A stretch of 64,000 nucleotides of DNA from assembly GCA_951406725.2 (NCBI GenBank), contig OX597823.1, forward strand, positions 46,748,001-46,812,000, read 5' to 3'. Under the pieces are notes generated by a model, which saw only the letters and a program-made list of their open reading frames with translations, was not told where the DNA came from and did no database searches. Positions 27,875 to 41,539 of this stretch are shown piece by piece (position 1 is the stretch's first letter; the number at the start of each line of letters is the position of its first letter). Source of the stretch: Octopus vulgaris. Taxonomy: Eukaryota. The translations under genes were made by a program, and so were the position numbers.

Positions 27875-30080
27875 GACAACCAGCTGGCAGGGTCGTTAGC
27901 AGCCCTGGTAAAATGCTTAGCAGCATTTCGTCTGTCTTTACGTTCTGAGTTCAACTCCCTCCGAAGTCGGCTTTCCTTTTCGTCCATTTCAGGGCCGATA
28001 AAGTAATTACCAGTTGAACATTGGGGTCGATGTAATCGACTAAACCCTTCCTTCCAAAATTGCTGGCTTTGAGCTAAAATTTAAGACCATTATTGCTAGT
28101 AAGCTGGTGGAGTCGTTAGCGAAGTTGGATAAACTATCTAGAGGCATTCATTCCGATTCATTACATTCTGAGTTCAAATTTTACCAGGGTCAAGTTTCCC
28201 TTTTATCTTTTCAGTGTCGATAAAATAAAATACCAGTCAAGTACTAGGATCGATGCAATCGACTTGCTCCCTCCCTTTAAGATTACTGACCTTTTGACCT
28301 TTTATCAAAATTATAAAGAATTATTATTACTATTCTCATGGTTGTGCTCCAGCATGACCGCAACCTAATGACTGAAACAAATTAAAGAATTATAATTAAG
28401 ACGTCTGGCAGAATAGCTAGAACGCCCAGCGGTAATTTTTCCCAATCATATGTTCTGAGTTCAAATTCTACCGCACACGACTTTGCTTTCATCCTATCGA
28501 GGTCAATAAAATAAATAAGAGTTGAGCAATAAAGTCGATGTAATTGACTCACCCATTCCCTCTAAAATTGCTCGCCTTGTTTCAAAATTTGAACCTGTCA
28601 AATGCTGCCGCGGTATATTTTGCTTTTCATTCTTTCGGTGTCGATAAATTAAGTAAGGTTGAGCTCTGGGGCCGATGTAATCGATTAATACCCGTCTCCT
28701 AAAATTGCTGGTCTTGTGCCAAAATTAGGAAATATTTCAATGCTACGAGCGGTCAGAACTGTCAGCATTCTGGACAAAATGCCTTGTAGCATTTATTCTG
28801 GCTTTACGCTCTGAGCCAATTCCACCGAGGTCCAGTTTGCGTCTCATCCTTTCGGGATCGATAAAATAAAGTACCATTTGGGCGATGGAGTCGATGTTAT
28901 CGACGTCCACCTCTCTCAAAATAACAGGTCTTGTGTTTATAGTAGAAAGAATTATTACTATCATATTTCATCAGGCGAGTTGAGAGAATAATTTGCAAGC
29001 TGGTCAAAATGCTAGGTAATATTTCTTCCAGTTTTATATTGTGCGCAAATTTCACCAAGATCGACTTCACTTTTTATCCTTTCAAGGTCGATAAACTAAC
29101 TGCCAATGAAATATTGGAGATGAATATAACCAATAAAACCTTTCTCCTTAAAAGGACTAGCCTTACGCTAAAATGTGAAAGAATTATTATCATTAAATCA
29201 GTGAAAGAAGCGGCGAGCTGGCAGAATCGTTAGCATACTGGGCAAAATGCTTAGTGGTATTTCGTCCCTGCAAGCTCGTGGGGGAGAAAATAAGTCGAAT
29301 ACATTGACTCCAGTCCTCAATTGGCACGCATTTTGTCGATCCCGAAAGGATGAAAGGCAAAGTTGACTCGGCTGAATTTGAACTCGGAACGTAAAGATGG
29401 ACCACATACCGCGAAGTATTTTTCCCGGCGTGCTAGTGATTCTGCCAACTCGCTATTTCAGATCGTATTTTAATATTAAATGGAAAACTGGAGCGGCGAG
29501 CTGGCAAAAACGTTAGCACGCCGGGCAAAATGCGTAGCCGTATTTCTCTGCCGTTACGTTCTGAGTTCAAATTCCGCCGAGGTCGACCTTGCCTTTCATC
29601 CTTTCGGAGTCGATAAATTAAGTACCAGTTACGCGCTGGGGTCGATATAATCGACTTAATCCATGTGCCTGTCCTTGTTTGTCCCTTCTGTGTTTAGCCC
29701 CTTGTGGATAGTAAAGAAATAGGTATTTCGCTCGTCGCTACCTTCTGAGTTCAAATTCCGCCGAGGTCGACTTTGCCTTTCATCATTTCAGGGTCGATTA
29801 AATAAGTACCAGTTACGCGCTGGGGTCGATGTAATCGACTTAATCCGTTTGTCTTTCCTTGTTTGTCCCGTCTGTGTTTAGCCCCTTGTGGATAGTAAAG
29901 AAATAGGTATTTCGCTCGTCGCTACGTTCTGATTTCAAATTCCGCCACGGTCGACTTTGCCTTTCATCGTTTTGGGGTCGATAAATTAAATAACTGAAAC
30001 ACTCGGGTCGATATAATCGACTAGTCGCCACTACTCAAATTTAAGGCCTTGTGCCTCCTGAGGAAAGGATAATTATTATT
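27875..30080 (+). mobile_element. Cluster of ~9 SINE family B copies
   Basis: Repeated gagttcaaatt...ctttcatcctttc..ggtcgataaa...ggggtcgatgtaatcgact blocks separated by (att)n tails; one - copy at ~29285-29455; triplicated copy at 29490-30075. Confidence 0.85.
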
Positions 30081-30969
30081 ATTGTTATTGTCTTTGTTAT
30101 TTTGCCTCCGAAATTTATACAATATTATTTGTTTCTTCATATCGCGGAAATGTTGCTGGTGAATTCATGTATATTTAGGTTATCTAATAGCATTTCTTAC
30201 TGCTTTGACGATCCACTCCGCATGTGTACTCCAATAGTAAGGTGTAAGATGCTATAATCTATTATTGCGTAACGGAATATACTTTGAACATTTACCAAAA
30301 CAAACAAAATAACAAAGCATGGTAAATAAATTTGTCCAGCGTTCGAAACTTTAACCAAGCATCTCTGCAGGAAGTGTAAATAAATTAATAAAGGTTAATA
30401 ATCTTTGTCATCTTTTGATCTACTTCGCAGCAGTTGGATTTCATTTGATTTTCTGAAAAAAACAAAAAACAAACTAAGTTTGCAGTCAGTGCATTAAAAG
30501 CAACAAATTTAGGTCTGCGTTTTCCTTCGTCACTATTGGTTTCTTGAAAAAGACCTTGTTACATCGCAGCTGAGCAATTACACAGATAATGTTAAGAGTT
30601 GGCTTATAAATTATGACAGAATTAATTGCCTGTTTCTTTTCTGCAGTGGATGCTTCAAGCTATTTTGAACAGCGTTGAAAAACAGATAATTCATTTTCTT
30701 GCGTTTGTGCCTGCCATTAACTATGTATGTGTGTATGTGTAAGTGTGTATGTGTGCGTGTGTGCGTGTGTGTGTGCGTGCTCGCGCGCGCAATTGCGTGC
30801 GTGCATGTGTGTGTGTGTGATGAAAGTGAGTACGTGCGTACATACGTATTTGTATGAAGATACATCTGCATATATGATATATACGCTTACACATTCACAT
30901 TTGCACACTCACACATCTATCTTCATAAAACGCGCACGCACGCAAACACAAACACACACACACACATAT

Positions 30970-31030
<61 letters not shown>

Positions 31031-31506
31031 ATATTTCGGAATGGTCATATTGCCAGTTTAGCCAAAAAATCTTGCACAACAAATATTTAAACGTATATAT
31101 ATATATATATACATATATACACATACATATATAGTCAATAAAACATGCATCAGAAAAGAAGCGCATTCTAAAGAATAGAGCAATAATTATTACCACAAAA
31201 ATTTATATTTTGGCATAGTTGCCAAAGGTTTCATATCCACAAAGCCAAAGCCCTATGAACAGCTCGTCAGACTCTATAGAAAGACAAATTAATTTAAACT
31301 TTCTACGTCGCGGATGTGAGGAAACACTCAGAAATCAAGATTTAAATCTTAACATATAAAAATGTTAAAGAGGATCCGTTGTCTCCCTGAACCAGACGAT
31401 AAAATAACCCCTATTGGCCCAAAAAAGCCTAACCAGCAAATGAGGAGATCCAATTTTCCAGTAGGTAGCGCCCGAAGTAGACACATTTAGAAAAAACTTC
31501 TTTACG

Positions 31507-31891
31507 GAGGGAGGAGGAAGCACTCCGTCGGTTCCGACGATGAGGGTTCCGGTTGATCCGATCAAAGGAACAGCCTGCACGTGAAATTAACGTGTAAGTG
31601 GCTGAGCACTCCACAGACACGTGTACCCTTAACGTAATTCTCGGGGATATTCAGCGTGACACAGAGAGTGACAAGGCCGGCCCCTTGAAATAGAGGTACA
31701 ACAGAAACAGGAAGTAAGAAAAAGTTGTGGTGAAAGAGTACAGCAGGGATCACCACCATCCCCTGCCGGAGCCTCGTGGAGCGTTTAGGTGTTTTCGCTC
31801 AATAAACACTCAAAACGCCCGGTCTGGGAATCGAAACCGCGATCCTACGACCGCGAGTCCGATGCCCTAACCACTGGGCCATTGCGCCTCC
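31507..31891 (-). mobile_element. tRNA-derived SINE (head type 1 + tail X)
   Basis: 11-bp TSD acttctttacg at 31496-31506 and 31892-31902; near-identical to 41152-41539. Confidence 0.9.
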
Positions 31892-32195
31892 ACTTCTTTA
31901 CGACTGTTTAACACGCCAAGTTAAGTAAAGTCCTTAAAAATTTTGGCTCTCTCCGCGATGCAGATTTTGCAACGGCCACTCTCATTGATATATGAGCCTT
32001 GTTGATCTATCATTTTTCACCTGATATCACATGGGGTCCCTTGATCTTTGAGGTGCCACACATGGCGGGCCAGGGGCGTGACAAACCGTCTTTCAGTGTT
32101 GCGGAAGCGACGTTTGAAAGATGTACTGGCTGATCCGACATATTTACAAACTTGGGATGAGGCCATATTCGCACTCTTGGCATATCTCTGATAGA

Positions 32196-32403
32196 TGGCG
32201 GCGAGTTGGCAGACACGTTAGCACGCCGGGCGAAATGCGTAGCCGTATTTCGTCTGCCGCTACGTTCTGAGTTCAAATTCCGCCGAGGTCGACTTTGCCT
32301 TTCATCCTTTCGGGGTCGATAAATTAAGTACCAGTTACGCACTGGTGTCGATGTAATCGACTGAATCCGTTTGTCTGTCTTTGTTTGTCCCCCCTGTGTT
32401 TAG
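32196..32403 (+). mobile_element. SINE family B
   Basis: Matches 22566-22797; interrupts the Penelope endonuclease region. Confidence 0.85.
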
Positions 32404-32956
32404 TACTGGGGTCGTCTGTTACGTCCTCTGTTATGCTGGCTCCGGACTGGTCATTGTCTCTGGCTGTAGCAGTTGTACTGGCGTGAGATCTAGTTAATCT
32501 GCTAATATTGCTGTTGGATAGTACAATGCGGATAGAGGGTCTAGGTGTCACAGTAGCTTCATATACGATATCTTCAGTCATGCATTATTATATACCCTGC
32601 AAGAACAACCTGCCTCCTCCCTTGTAATGTGGGTACTTGTTAAGATGTTAGGTGCATAACTAAAGGAGGCTCTTAGGTTGTGCATGTTAAATAATTGCCT
32701 CTGTGTGTGTGAAATGTTTGCCTATTAATCTAGGGAAAATCCTTCTCACACAAGTCTAGACGTTAGGTGAGAAGGGTGGAGCAAACCAAACAACAGTTCT
32801 GCGGCGCTTCTTTTCCGGGTGCTAGGGCCTGGCATGTGCACTTCACATAAAAAAAACAAAACATTTCAACTTCTGTTTTTGTACAGGTTTAGTTTTAAAT
32901 TCGTTTATGTATGTGTGTGTGTGTGTGTTCACTGATGTCAACATACATTCAAATAC

Positions 32957-33029
<73 letters not shown>

Positions 33030-33203
33030 ACAAACAATTTATGCATAAACACTACTTGGAATGGGGAGCGATATGAACGACTTAGCCCTCCCCTGAAATT
33101 GCTGGCCTTGAGCCAAAACTTGAAAGCAATATATATATGTGTGATTGTGTGTTATAAATTACACACACACATATAACGCAGACTCTAGGATCTACATATA
33201 CAT

Positions 33204-33268
<65 letters not shown>

Positions 33269-33904
33269 CAGGGAGTGGGGAATAAATGTGTGTGTATGTG
33301 TGTGAATTTCGACGTATATCAGTGAATATAGCATTCTGTTGCATGGTGCATATTATATCCTTGTTGAATATTGAGCCTGTATAGATGACTAACTGTGGAG
33401 GATTAGAGAACATATGTTGGGTGACCATTATATGTATAGGACTTAACATATGCTGTAATCACTGCAGTAATACATTTACATAAAGAGAAGCTTGTGTATT
33501 AAACGTTCAGCTAATGTAATATGGTTAACTAAGTTAAATATACAATGAGATTGTGATGTAAACGTATCGAGGCTCTATTTCATGGCAGATATGCAGTTCA
33601 AATCTGCGTCGCCTCATGTATTGTCTGAGTTATTCATATATAATACCAAAAGAGCTATGCTTCAAAGTGTGTTTTTATTTTTTCGCTTTGTGCGTGTGTG
33701 TGTGCGTGTGTGTGTGTGTGTGTGTGTACGTGTGTGTGTGTGTGCGTGCGTGTGTGTGTGAAGGCTTTGTATTTGTTTGCCAACGATGTACATTCTGCCA
33801 GTGTGTAGTTTGCTTTAACGGTTTAAATCGTTTGATCATTGATAAAAGCAAACCACACATACACACACACACACATACTAATCATCCTTATATATACATA
33901 TCGT

Positions 33905-33942
<38 letters not shown>

Positions 33943-34044
33943 TTCATCCACATGTAATATATTTGTATACGTATATCAGTTTATGTAATATACATGTATG
34001 CGTATATGTTAATAAAATGTAATTTATGTATACGTATATGTCAA

Positions 34045-35840
34045 GATTTCCTTCCTAAAATCCACAAACCCAATAACCCTGGCCGCTCCATCATCTGCCT
34101 GTTGCTGTTCCTCTGAGCCCATCTCAAAATACTTCGACCTCGCCCTCGCACCACTAGTGGCTTCCCTCTCTTCACACATTCATGACACCAGCCATGCTCT
34201 TCGTCTCTTGAATTCTCTCTCTTTTCCTCCTTGGCCCTCCAGACTCCTGTTCACCTTTGACATAAAATCTTTACACACTGATGTCCCTCACAACGAAGGC
34301 CTCCATGCATTAAAATACTTACTCGATCTTTATCCTGAAACCTTTACTCTCTTCTTTTTCGCTGAACTTCGCTTTAAATAGCTTCTTGTTCGTGGGAGAA
34401 TATTACCACCCAGTCGTAGTAGTCTCCATGAGAAGGATAATGTTTCCCAGCTATGCTAACCTGGTCATCGACTAAGTTGAGACCCAAATATTCGCTCTGT
34501 TCATCGGTCCCACTCTTAAGTTATATGGTGGTTACATTGACGCATGTATCGGCGCTGCCTCACTCTCCCACGAACATATAGACTTCTTCCTCTTCTCCAT
34601 CCTACTCTTCCATACCATCTTCGTATTTTCCAGTTATGTCTCCAACTCTATCCACATTTTTTTACCCTTCCTCATTTCTTTCCTACCACCCCTACTACAA
34701 ACTCACAAATTCACACTCTTATCTCGATTTCTCCACTTACTAGCCCTACCCACACCAAACTATCCATTTATTACAATCTGTTCCTCTAACTCTGTTGGCT
34801 CTGTTGTGATGACCATGAGTTCGAGACAGTCGCAGCTCATGGCCGATTATTATTATCGAGTGAAAAGGACAAGAAATTGATCTGATTAAATCTTTACACA
34901 CTGATATCCCTCACAACGAAGGCCTCCATGCATTAAAATACTTACTCGATCTTTGTCCTGATCCCCAACCTGATACCTTTACTCTCTTCTTATTCGTTGA
35001 ACTTCTCTTCACTTTAAATAGCTTCTTGTTCGTTGGAGAATATTACCACCCAGTCTTAGGAATCTCCATGAGAAGGATAATGTTTCCCAGCTATGCTAAC
35101 CTGTTCGTCGACTAAGTTGAGACCCAAATATTCTCTCTGTTCATCGGTTCCACTCTCAAGTTATATGGTGGTTACATTGACGCATGTATCGGCGCTGCAT
35201 CACTCTCCCAAGAATAGACTCCTTCCTCTTCTCCATCCTAATCTTCCATCCCACCTTCGTATTTTCCGGTTTTGTTTCCACAACCTGTCAACTTTATCCA
35301 CATTTTTTTACCATTCATCACTCCTTTCTTAACACCCCCATCCACTATAAACTAATAAATTCACGCTCTCATCTCGACTTCTCCACTTACTAGCCCTACC
35401 CACACCAAACTTTCCATTTATTACTATCTGTTCCTCTAGCTCTGTTGGCTCTGCTGTGATGACCATGAGTTCGAGACAGTCCCAGCTCATGGCCCACTGT
35501 TTCACTGAATAGGGATTCCTCCATTATCCAAACCACCCTCCCCGGCTCACTTTCTTCCTCGCCTATCACCCTCCAGCCTATATCAACGCACCATTCTACG
35601 GGCTTCAAGTCGACTCCAATATGGCAACTCCTCCTCCCACATATTCTTCAACCCCCTTCTTTGAAATGCGTAATCTTCTGATCCGTCAATTCTTTCCACT
35701 CTTGACACTCTACCTGGCTTCTTCCCTTGATTTCGCCCAAGTTTCCACACCTGCCCTTACCTTTGCAGCTTCATTTTCCTCACTGGCACCCACAACCGCT
35801 CCTACCACATTACTATTTCACTCACTTGCAATCCAGCAAT
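34045..35840 (+). mobile_element. Penelope-like RT fragment with internal tandem duplication
   Basis: LPKIHKPNNPGR, FDIKSLHTDVPHNEGL, FPSYANL, YIDACIG; duplicated units 34265-34844 and 34888-35494. Confidence 0.85.
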
Positions 35841-35859
35841 TTAATCTACTGCGTTTTCT

Positions 35860-35924
<65 letters not shown>

Positions 35925-35927
<3 letters not shown>

Positions 35928-36181
35928 TCTTTTACTTGTTTCAGTCAGTTGACTGTGGCCATGCTGGAGCACCGCCTTTTATCGAGCAAATCGATCCCAT
36001 GACTTATTCTTTGTAAGCCTAGTACTTATTATATTGGATCCCTTTTGCCGAACCGCTAAGTTACGGAGACGTAAACACACCCGCATCGGTTGTCAAGCGA
36101 TGTTGGGGGACAAACACAGACACACAAACATATACACGCATACATATATAGATATATAAAATACGACGGGCTTCTTTCAGT

Positions 36182-36185
<4 letters not shown>
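35925..36185 (-). mobile_element. SINE family A, 3' two-thirds
   Basis: Reverse complement of 53565-53815. Confidence 0.85.
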
Positions 36186-36231
<46 letters not shown>

Positions 36232-36451
36232 CTCTTTCTCTAACACGTATAGTCATGCATTCAACCAGCCCCAAATCTACCTTCTGTCACCCCTGTTCAC
36301 GTCGCACCTATGTCCATGCTAACCCGTCTACATCCCCCAAAATGCACACATACGTCAGAAACACAAACCACACAAGAACACGCCACTCTCACAAAGGATT
36401 CACACAAGCATTAACTGCCACACACGCGCGTTTACACACACACATCTCATA

Positions 36452-36570
36452 TCCTCATATGTCAGACAGCCACATATGTTAGACATCTTATAGCCTCATA
36501 TGTTAGACAGCCACATATGTTAGACATCTTATAGCCTCATATGTTAAATAGCCACATATGTTAGACAGCT
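36452..36570. repeat. Minisatellite, ~41-bp unit x ~3
   Basis: catatgttagacagccacatatgttagacatcttatagcct repeated; unit built from two catatgttagaca subunits. Confidence 0.9.
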
Positions 36571-37055
36571 TCACATAGCCAAACACATATACACCCTTCC
36601 ACACACATACACAGTAATATACACGGAGCACACACGCACACATTGCTGAACATACGCGCACGGGCTTGTACACTTGCACACATACAAGCACGCATATACA
36701 CACCCGCTCTCATCCATACATATATATATACACTCGCTCGTGTAATATCCATACTCACGCACTGGCTTACCCACATACACAGGCACTCGCCCACACACTC
36801 ATACACGCGCACACATTATCCTCACACACATACATACACATGCTTGTGACGCAGACTTTAGCCACTTCCCAACAGTCTCCTTACCACTCATGAATTTTTT
36901 TATTTCCTCCTTTCCGGTCAATTCCACATGTGCGACCGTTACTCCAGATACATTGTTCTTCTTCTCCGTTTTTTTCTTCATTCCTCTCTCCATTTGTTTT
37001 CTGTCCTCGTTCCCTCCCGTAGTATATACATACGCATATTTATACAAGTAAGCAT

Positions 37056-37095
<40 letters not shown>

Positions 37096-37096
<1 letters not shown>

Positions 37097-37580
37097 CTCT
37101 TATATAAAATCCGTTCTGTGTGTGTGACTTCTAGGATCTCGGGCATCCTCCATCTGATTGCGCTCAAATTTGATATGTAGATACCTATTTCTTTACTACC
37201 CACAAGGGGCTAAACACAGAGGGGACAAACAAAGTCGACCTCGGCGGAATTTGAACTCAGAACGTAACAGCAGACGAAATACCGCTAAGCATTTCCCCCC
37301 GGCGTGCTAACGTTTCTGCCAGCTCGCGGTATCAGGGCGTGCATAAGTCTCGAAAAAATTACAAAAATCGATTCCAGGTGAGAATGTGATCGATAAAGCC
37401 GTGGGAAATCGTTTTTCTTTGGAATAGAAAAAAGGTATATCTTTATTTCTTCTTTTGCTGGTGTCTCAAATTTAGGTTAAATTAGTGGGACGGTCGGACA
37501 AGTTGTTTTGAGAAAATTTGGCTTAAATGTTTGACAACTCAGCACCGTCCATTGGACGGGGGTGGGTGGGCATTTTGCTC

Positions 37581-37581
<1 letters not shown>
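37096..37581 (+). mobile_element. Probable non-autonomous Helitron carrying a SINE B insertion (~37185-37328, -)
   Basis: A|TCtcttatataaaa 5' end; subterminal hairpin ccgtcca-t-tggacgg; ends ctcg|t (non-canonical versus CTRR). Confidence 0.5.
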
Positions 37582-37626
<45 letters not shown>

Positions 37627-37723
37627 TCACACACATGAAACCAATGGTAGTCTTAATACACAAATAAAGAAATTTATCCACCAATGCAGTGTTGAACACT
37701 CATTGCAGTTGTTCAATATTTAC

Positions 37724-37774
<51 letters not shown>

Positions 37775-37775
37775 G

Positions 37776-37822
<47 letters not shown>

Positions 37823-37852
37823 GTATGTGTATGTGTGGTGTATGTGTGTATA

Positions 37853-38172
37853 GGCGCGCGGTTTAGTGACTAGGGCATTCGGCTCAAGATTGTAAGGTCG
37901 TGAGTTTAATTCTCGGTGACGCGTTCTGTCCTTGAGCAAGACGCTTTATTTCATGTTGCTCTAGTCCACTCAGCTGGCAAAAATGAGTAGTACCAGTATT
38001 TGAAAGGGCCAGTCTTGTCACACTCTGTGTCACGCTGAATCTTCCTGAGAAGAATGTAAAGGGGTACGCGTGTCTGTCGAGTGCTCAGCCACTTGCACGT
38101 TTATCTCATGAGCAAGCTGTTCTATTGATCGTATCAGCTGGGGACCCTCGTCGCTGTAACCGACGGAGCGCT
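37853..38172 (+). mobile_element. tRNA-derived SINE (head type 2 + tail X)
   Basis: Homologous to 16490-16790 end to end. Confidence 0.8.
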
Positions 38173-38173
38173 C

Positions 38174-38223
<50 letters not shown>

Positions 38224-39229
38224 TATATGTGCCTGTGTATATGTGTGTGAGCGAGTGTGTAATTTAAAGCGTAACGTTGACCCTTTTTAATAAACAAAAA
38301 ATTTTATCTTCCTGTGTTCATTATTAGTCATAATGTTTCAATGAATATAAGAAATTGGCTTCATCAGATCGATTTCTTGTCCTTTTCACTCGATAATATA
38401 ATCGAAAATTTATTAATAATGTTATTATGACATCTCCATTTTGGTGACGTTGGTGTTCGAGTGATTCGTTTCAATTTTCAGTTACAAAGTAATCAGTCAG
38501 TTTATTTCCACTTTCTTCTGAAACCAGAGGCTCAAAGAATAAAAACTCGACTTCGTATACACTTAAAACAGCTATAAGCTCTCAAATCTTGCCGCAGAGC
38601 GAAGACTGGTTGTTTTCCTCTAATAAATGTCCAACTCAATGATTCTCTAACTTTCAAAAGTATCCTTTTCTTTTACAAACATTTTTTTCAACGCCCTCCT
38701 TTCTACGATCCAATGACCTGTATTTTACAACAGTCAAACAAGTTATATAAAACCAGAGTCATATACGTCGGAGTACTAGTTTAATGTAATGCTTGTAACT
38801 ACTTTATAATAGGACCACCGTACCATAAGTGCAATATTTAACATATTACCGCCCGACTGCATATTAAACCGACCTTTAGCGCATGGCATCGGTCAAACTC
38901 AGGGACACCTTCTTTGTACTCATTCATATTACCATAGCCACAAATTGCCATTTATCTTTATATACTTTATAATTCGATTACTAGTTCTTTTATATGTTCC
39001 CACTTGCATTAATTCATCTGTCCACATACGAGTTGACACATGTCTGTTTATCCAAGCAGGTACATTATGAAATCAGCAGATGATACTAGCAACGTTCAGA
39101 TATGCACATATACGCTAACCAACTCTACAGATACAATGTCCGCCTGTGTTGCATGTATAACTATACAAACTTTCAGAATAATTTTAAAATTCTATTTTAG
39201 TTTATTCGTTTTCACTTTATTCATCCAGC

Positions 39230-40790
39230 CATTAGCGCCGAGGTCCACTTTGCCTTTCATCCTTTCGGGGACGATAAATTAGTTACGCACCAGTTACGCA
39301 CTGGGGTCGATGTAATCGATTTAATCCCTTTGTCTGTCCTTGTTTGTCACCTCTATGTTTAGCCCATTGTGGGCAGTAACGAAATAAGATTGTGGCCACG
39401 CTGGTTTGTAATTTAGTTGCTGGGATTGTAAATATTAGGACTTATTTAATTACATATTAAATTATTGTCGCTGTTGTCGTCTTTATCGTTAATGTTAATG
39501 TCATTGTTCCTGAGATTGTCGTCCACGAGCAGTCTATCATATTACAGTAAAAAAAAGAAAATATATATATATACTGGATGACATAAAAGTCACCCACCAA
39601 AACGTTTGGGATTTCTGTTGCATTGTCTTTACGTTCTGAGTTCAAATTCTGCCGAGGTCGACTTCGCTTTCCATCTTTTCGGATCAATAAAATAAGTACT
39701 AGTTGAGTACTGAGGTTGATATAATCGACTATCTCCCTTGCCCAAATTTCAGACCTTGTCCCTGTAGTAGAAATTATTATGTAAAGTCGAATTCCACCGA
39801 GGTTGACTTTGCGTTTTATCCCTTCGGGGTCGATGAAATAAGTACCAGTTAAGCATTGGGGTCGATGTAATCGACTAGTCCCCTTCCCAAAAAATTTTTC
39901 AAGGAATTGTGCCTAGAATAGAAATAATTATTCTTAGTATTAAGGCGACAAGCTGGCAAAATCGTTAAGCATGCCGGGCTAAATGCTTGGCGATATTTCG
40001 CCAGTCGCTACGTTCTGAGTTCAAATTCCGCCTATGTCGACTTTGCCTTTCATCTTTCGGGGTCGATAACTTAAGTAGCAGTGAAACACTGGGATCGATG
40101 CAATCGACTAGTCCCCCACCCTGCAAATTTCAGACCTTGTGCTTATAGTAGTAGAAAGGATTATTTTTATTACTCAGGCGACGAACTGGCAGAATCGATA
40201 TTAAGCCGGGAAAAATGCTTCACGGCATTTCGTCCGTCCTTACGTTCAAATTCCGCCGAGGTTGACTTTGCCTTTCATCCTTTTGGAGTCGATAAATTAA
40301 ATACCAGATGCATACTGGAGTCTATCTAATTGACTGGCCCCTTCCCTCCAAATTCCTTGTTTGTCCTCTCTGTGTTTAGCCCCTTGTGGGTAGTAAAGAA
40401 ATAGGCATTTTGTTTGCCGTTACGTTCTGAGTTCAACTTTCGCCGAGGTCGACTTTGCTTTTTGTCCTTTCGGGGTCGATAGATTAAGTACTAGTTACGC
40501 ACTGGAGTCAATGTAATTGACTTAATCCCTTTGTGTGTCCATGTTTGTCCCCTCTACGTTTAGTCCCTTGTAGGCAATAAAGAAATAAGAAGCGTAAGCA
40601 CGCCGGCCAAAATGTTTAACGGTATTTCGTCTGTCTTCATGCTTTCATGTTTTGAGTTCAAATTCCTCCGAGGTCATCTTTACCTATCATTCTTTCGGGG
40701 CCGATAAAATAAATACTTGTTGAATACTGGGATCAATGTTATCGATTTAACCCCTCCCCATGACCCAAAATTCGAAACTAGCATCATACT
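39230..40790 (+). mobile_element. Second cluster of SINE family B copies (~7 blocks)
   Basis: Same motif blocks as 27875-30080, all on the + strand. Confidence 0.85.
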
Positions 40791-41151
40791 ATATTATGAT
40801 AAATGTATATTGTTGTTTTTGCTTGTTAACCCCAAGTCTGCATTGTTCAAACAAACCTCTCATCAAATGCATTCCAGTTGTAGCCTACCCGTTTCTTTAG
40901 AGGTACTATAAGAGTACATATTCCAATGTATCCCTTCCTGAACTAAAATGATATGAGTTAGGGAAGATTTAGATGCTATTCTCAGTGGAACGAGTGACCG
41001 TATACAGAATTTCTCATTTCAAATATTTTTGTAACTTTGATGATATTTAATGTTTATCAACCAAAGAAACTATTTTATTTCAAATAAATCTTGGGATATA
41101 TGCAAACTACATATTTTACTAACACATAAGGAATAGTTTATCAACATGATT

Positions 41152-41539
41152 GTGGTGGAAGCACTCCGTCGATTACGACGATGAGGGTTCCGGTTGATCC
41201 GAATCAACGGAACAGCCTGCTCGTGAAATTAACGTGTAAGTGGCTGAGCACTCCACAGACACGTGCACCCTTAACGTAGTTCTCGGGGATATTCAGCGTG
41301 ACACAGAGAGTGACAAGGCCGGCCCCTTGAAATACAGGTACAACAGAAACAGGAAGTAAGAGTGAGAGAAAGTTGTGGTGAAAGAGTACAGCAGGGATCA
41401 CCACCACCCTGCCGGAGCCTCGTGGAGCTTTCAGGTGTTTTCGCTCAATAAACACTCACAACGCCCGGTCTGGGAATCGAAACCGCGATCCTATGACCGC
41501 GAGTCCGCTGCCCTAACCACTGGGCCATTGCGTCTCCAC
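41152..41539 (-). mobile_element. tRNA-derived SINE (head type 1 + tail X), young
   Basis: 13-bp TSD tatcaacatgatt at 41139-41151 and 41540-41552. Confidence 0.9.

Larger units (their letters stand above)
31170..32880 (-). mobile_element. Penelope-like element 3' part (linker + GIY-YIG endonuclease + 3'UTR), interrupted by two SINEs
   Basis: KKRRRTVVWFAPPFSPNV, CMTEDIVYEATV, KYVGSASTSFKRRF, LARHVWHLKD, GRCKICIAE, VLNSRKEVFSKC (last motif restored after removing the SINE and its TSD). Confidence 0.85.

Noticed and set aside
27875-30080. Regularly recurring motifs resembling a CRISPR-like array
   Set aside because: Units are ~180-220-bp SINE copies without unique spacers; eukaryotic context and no cas genes
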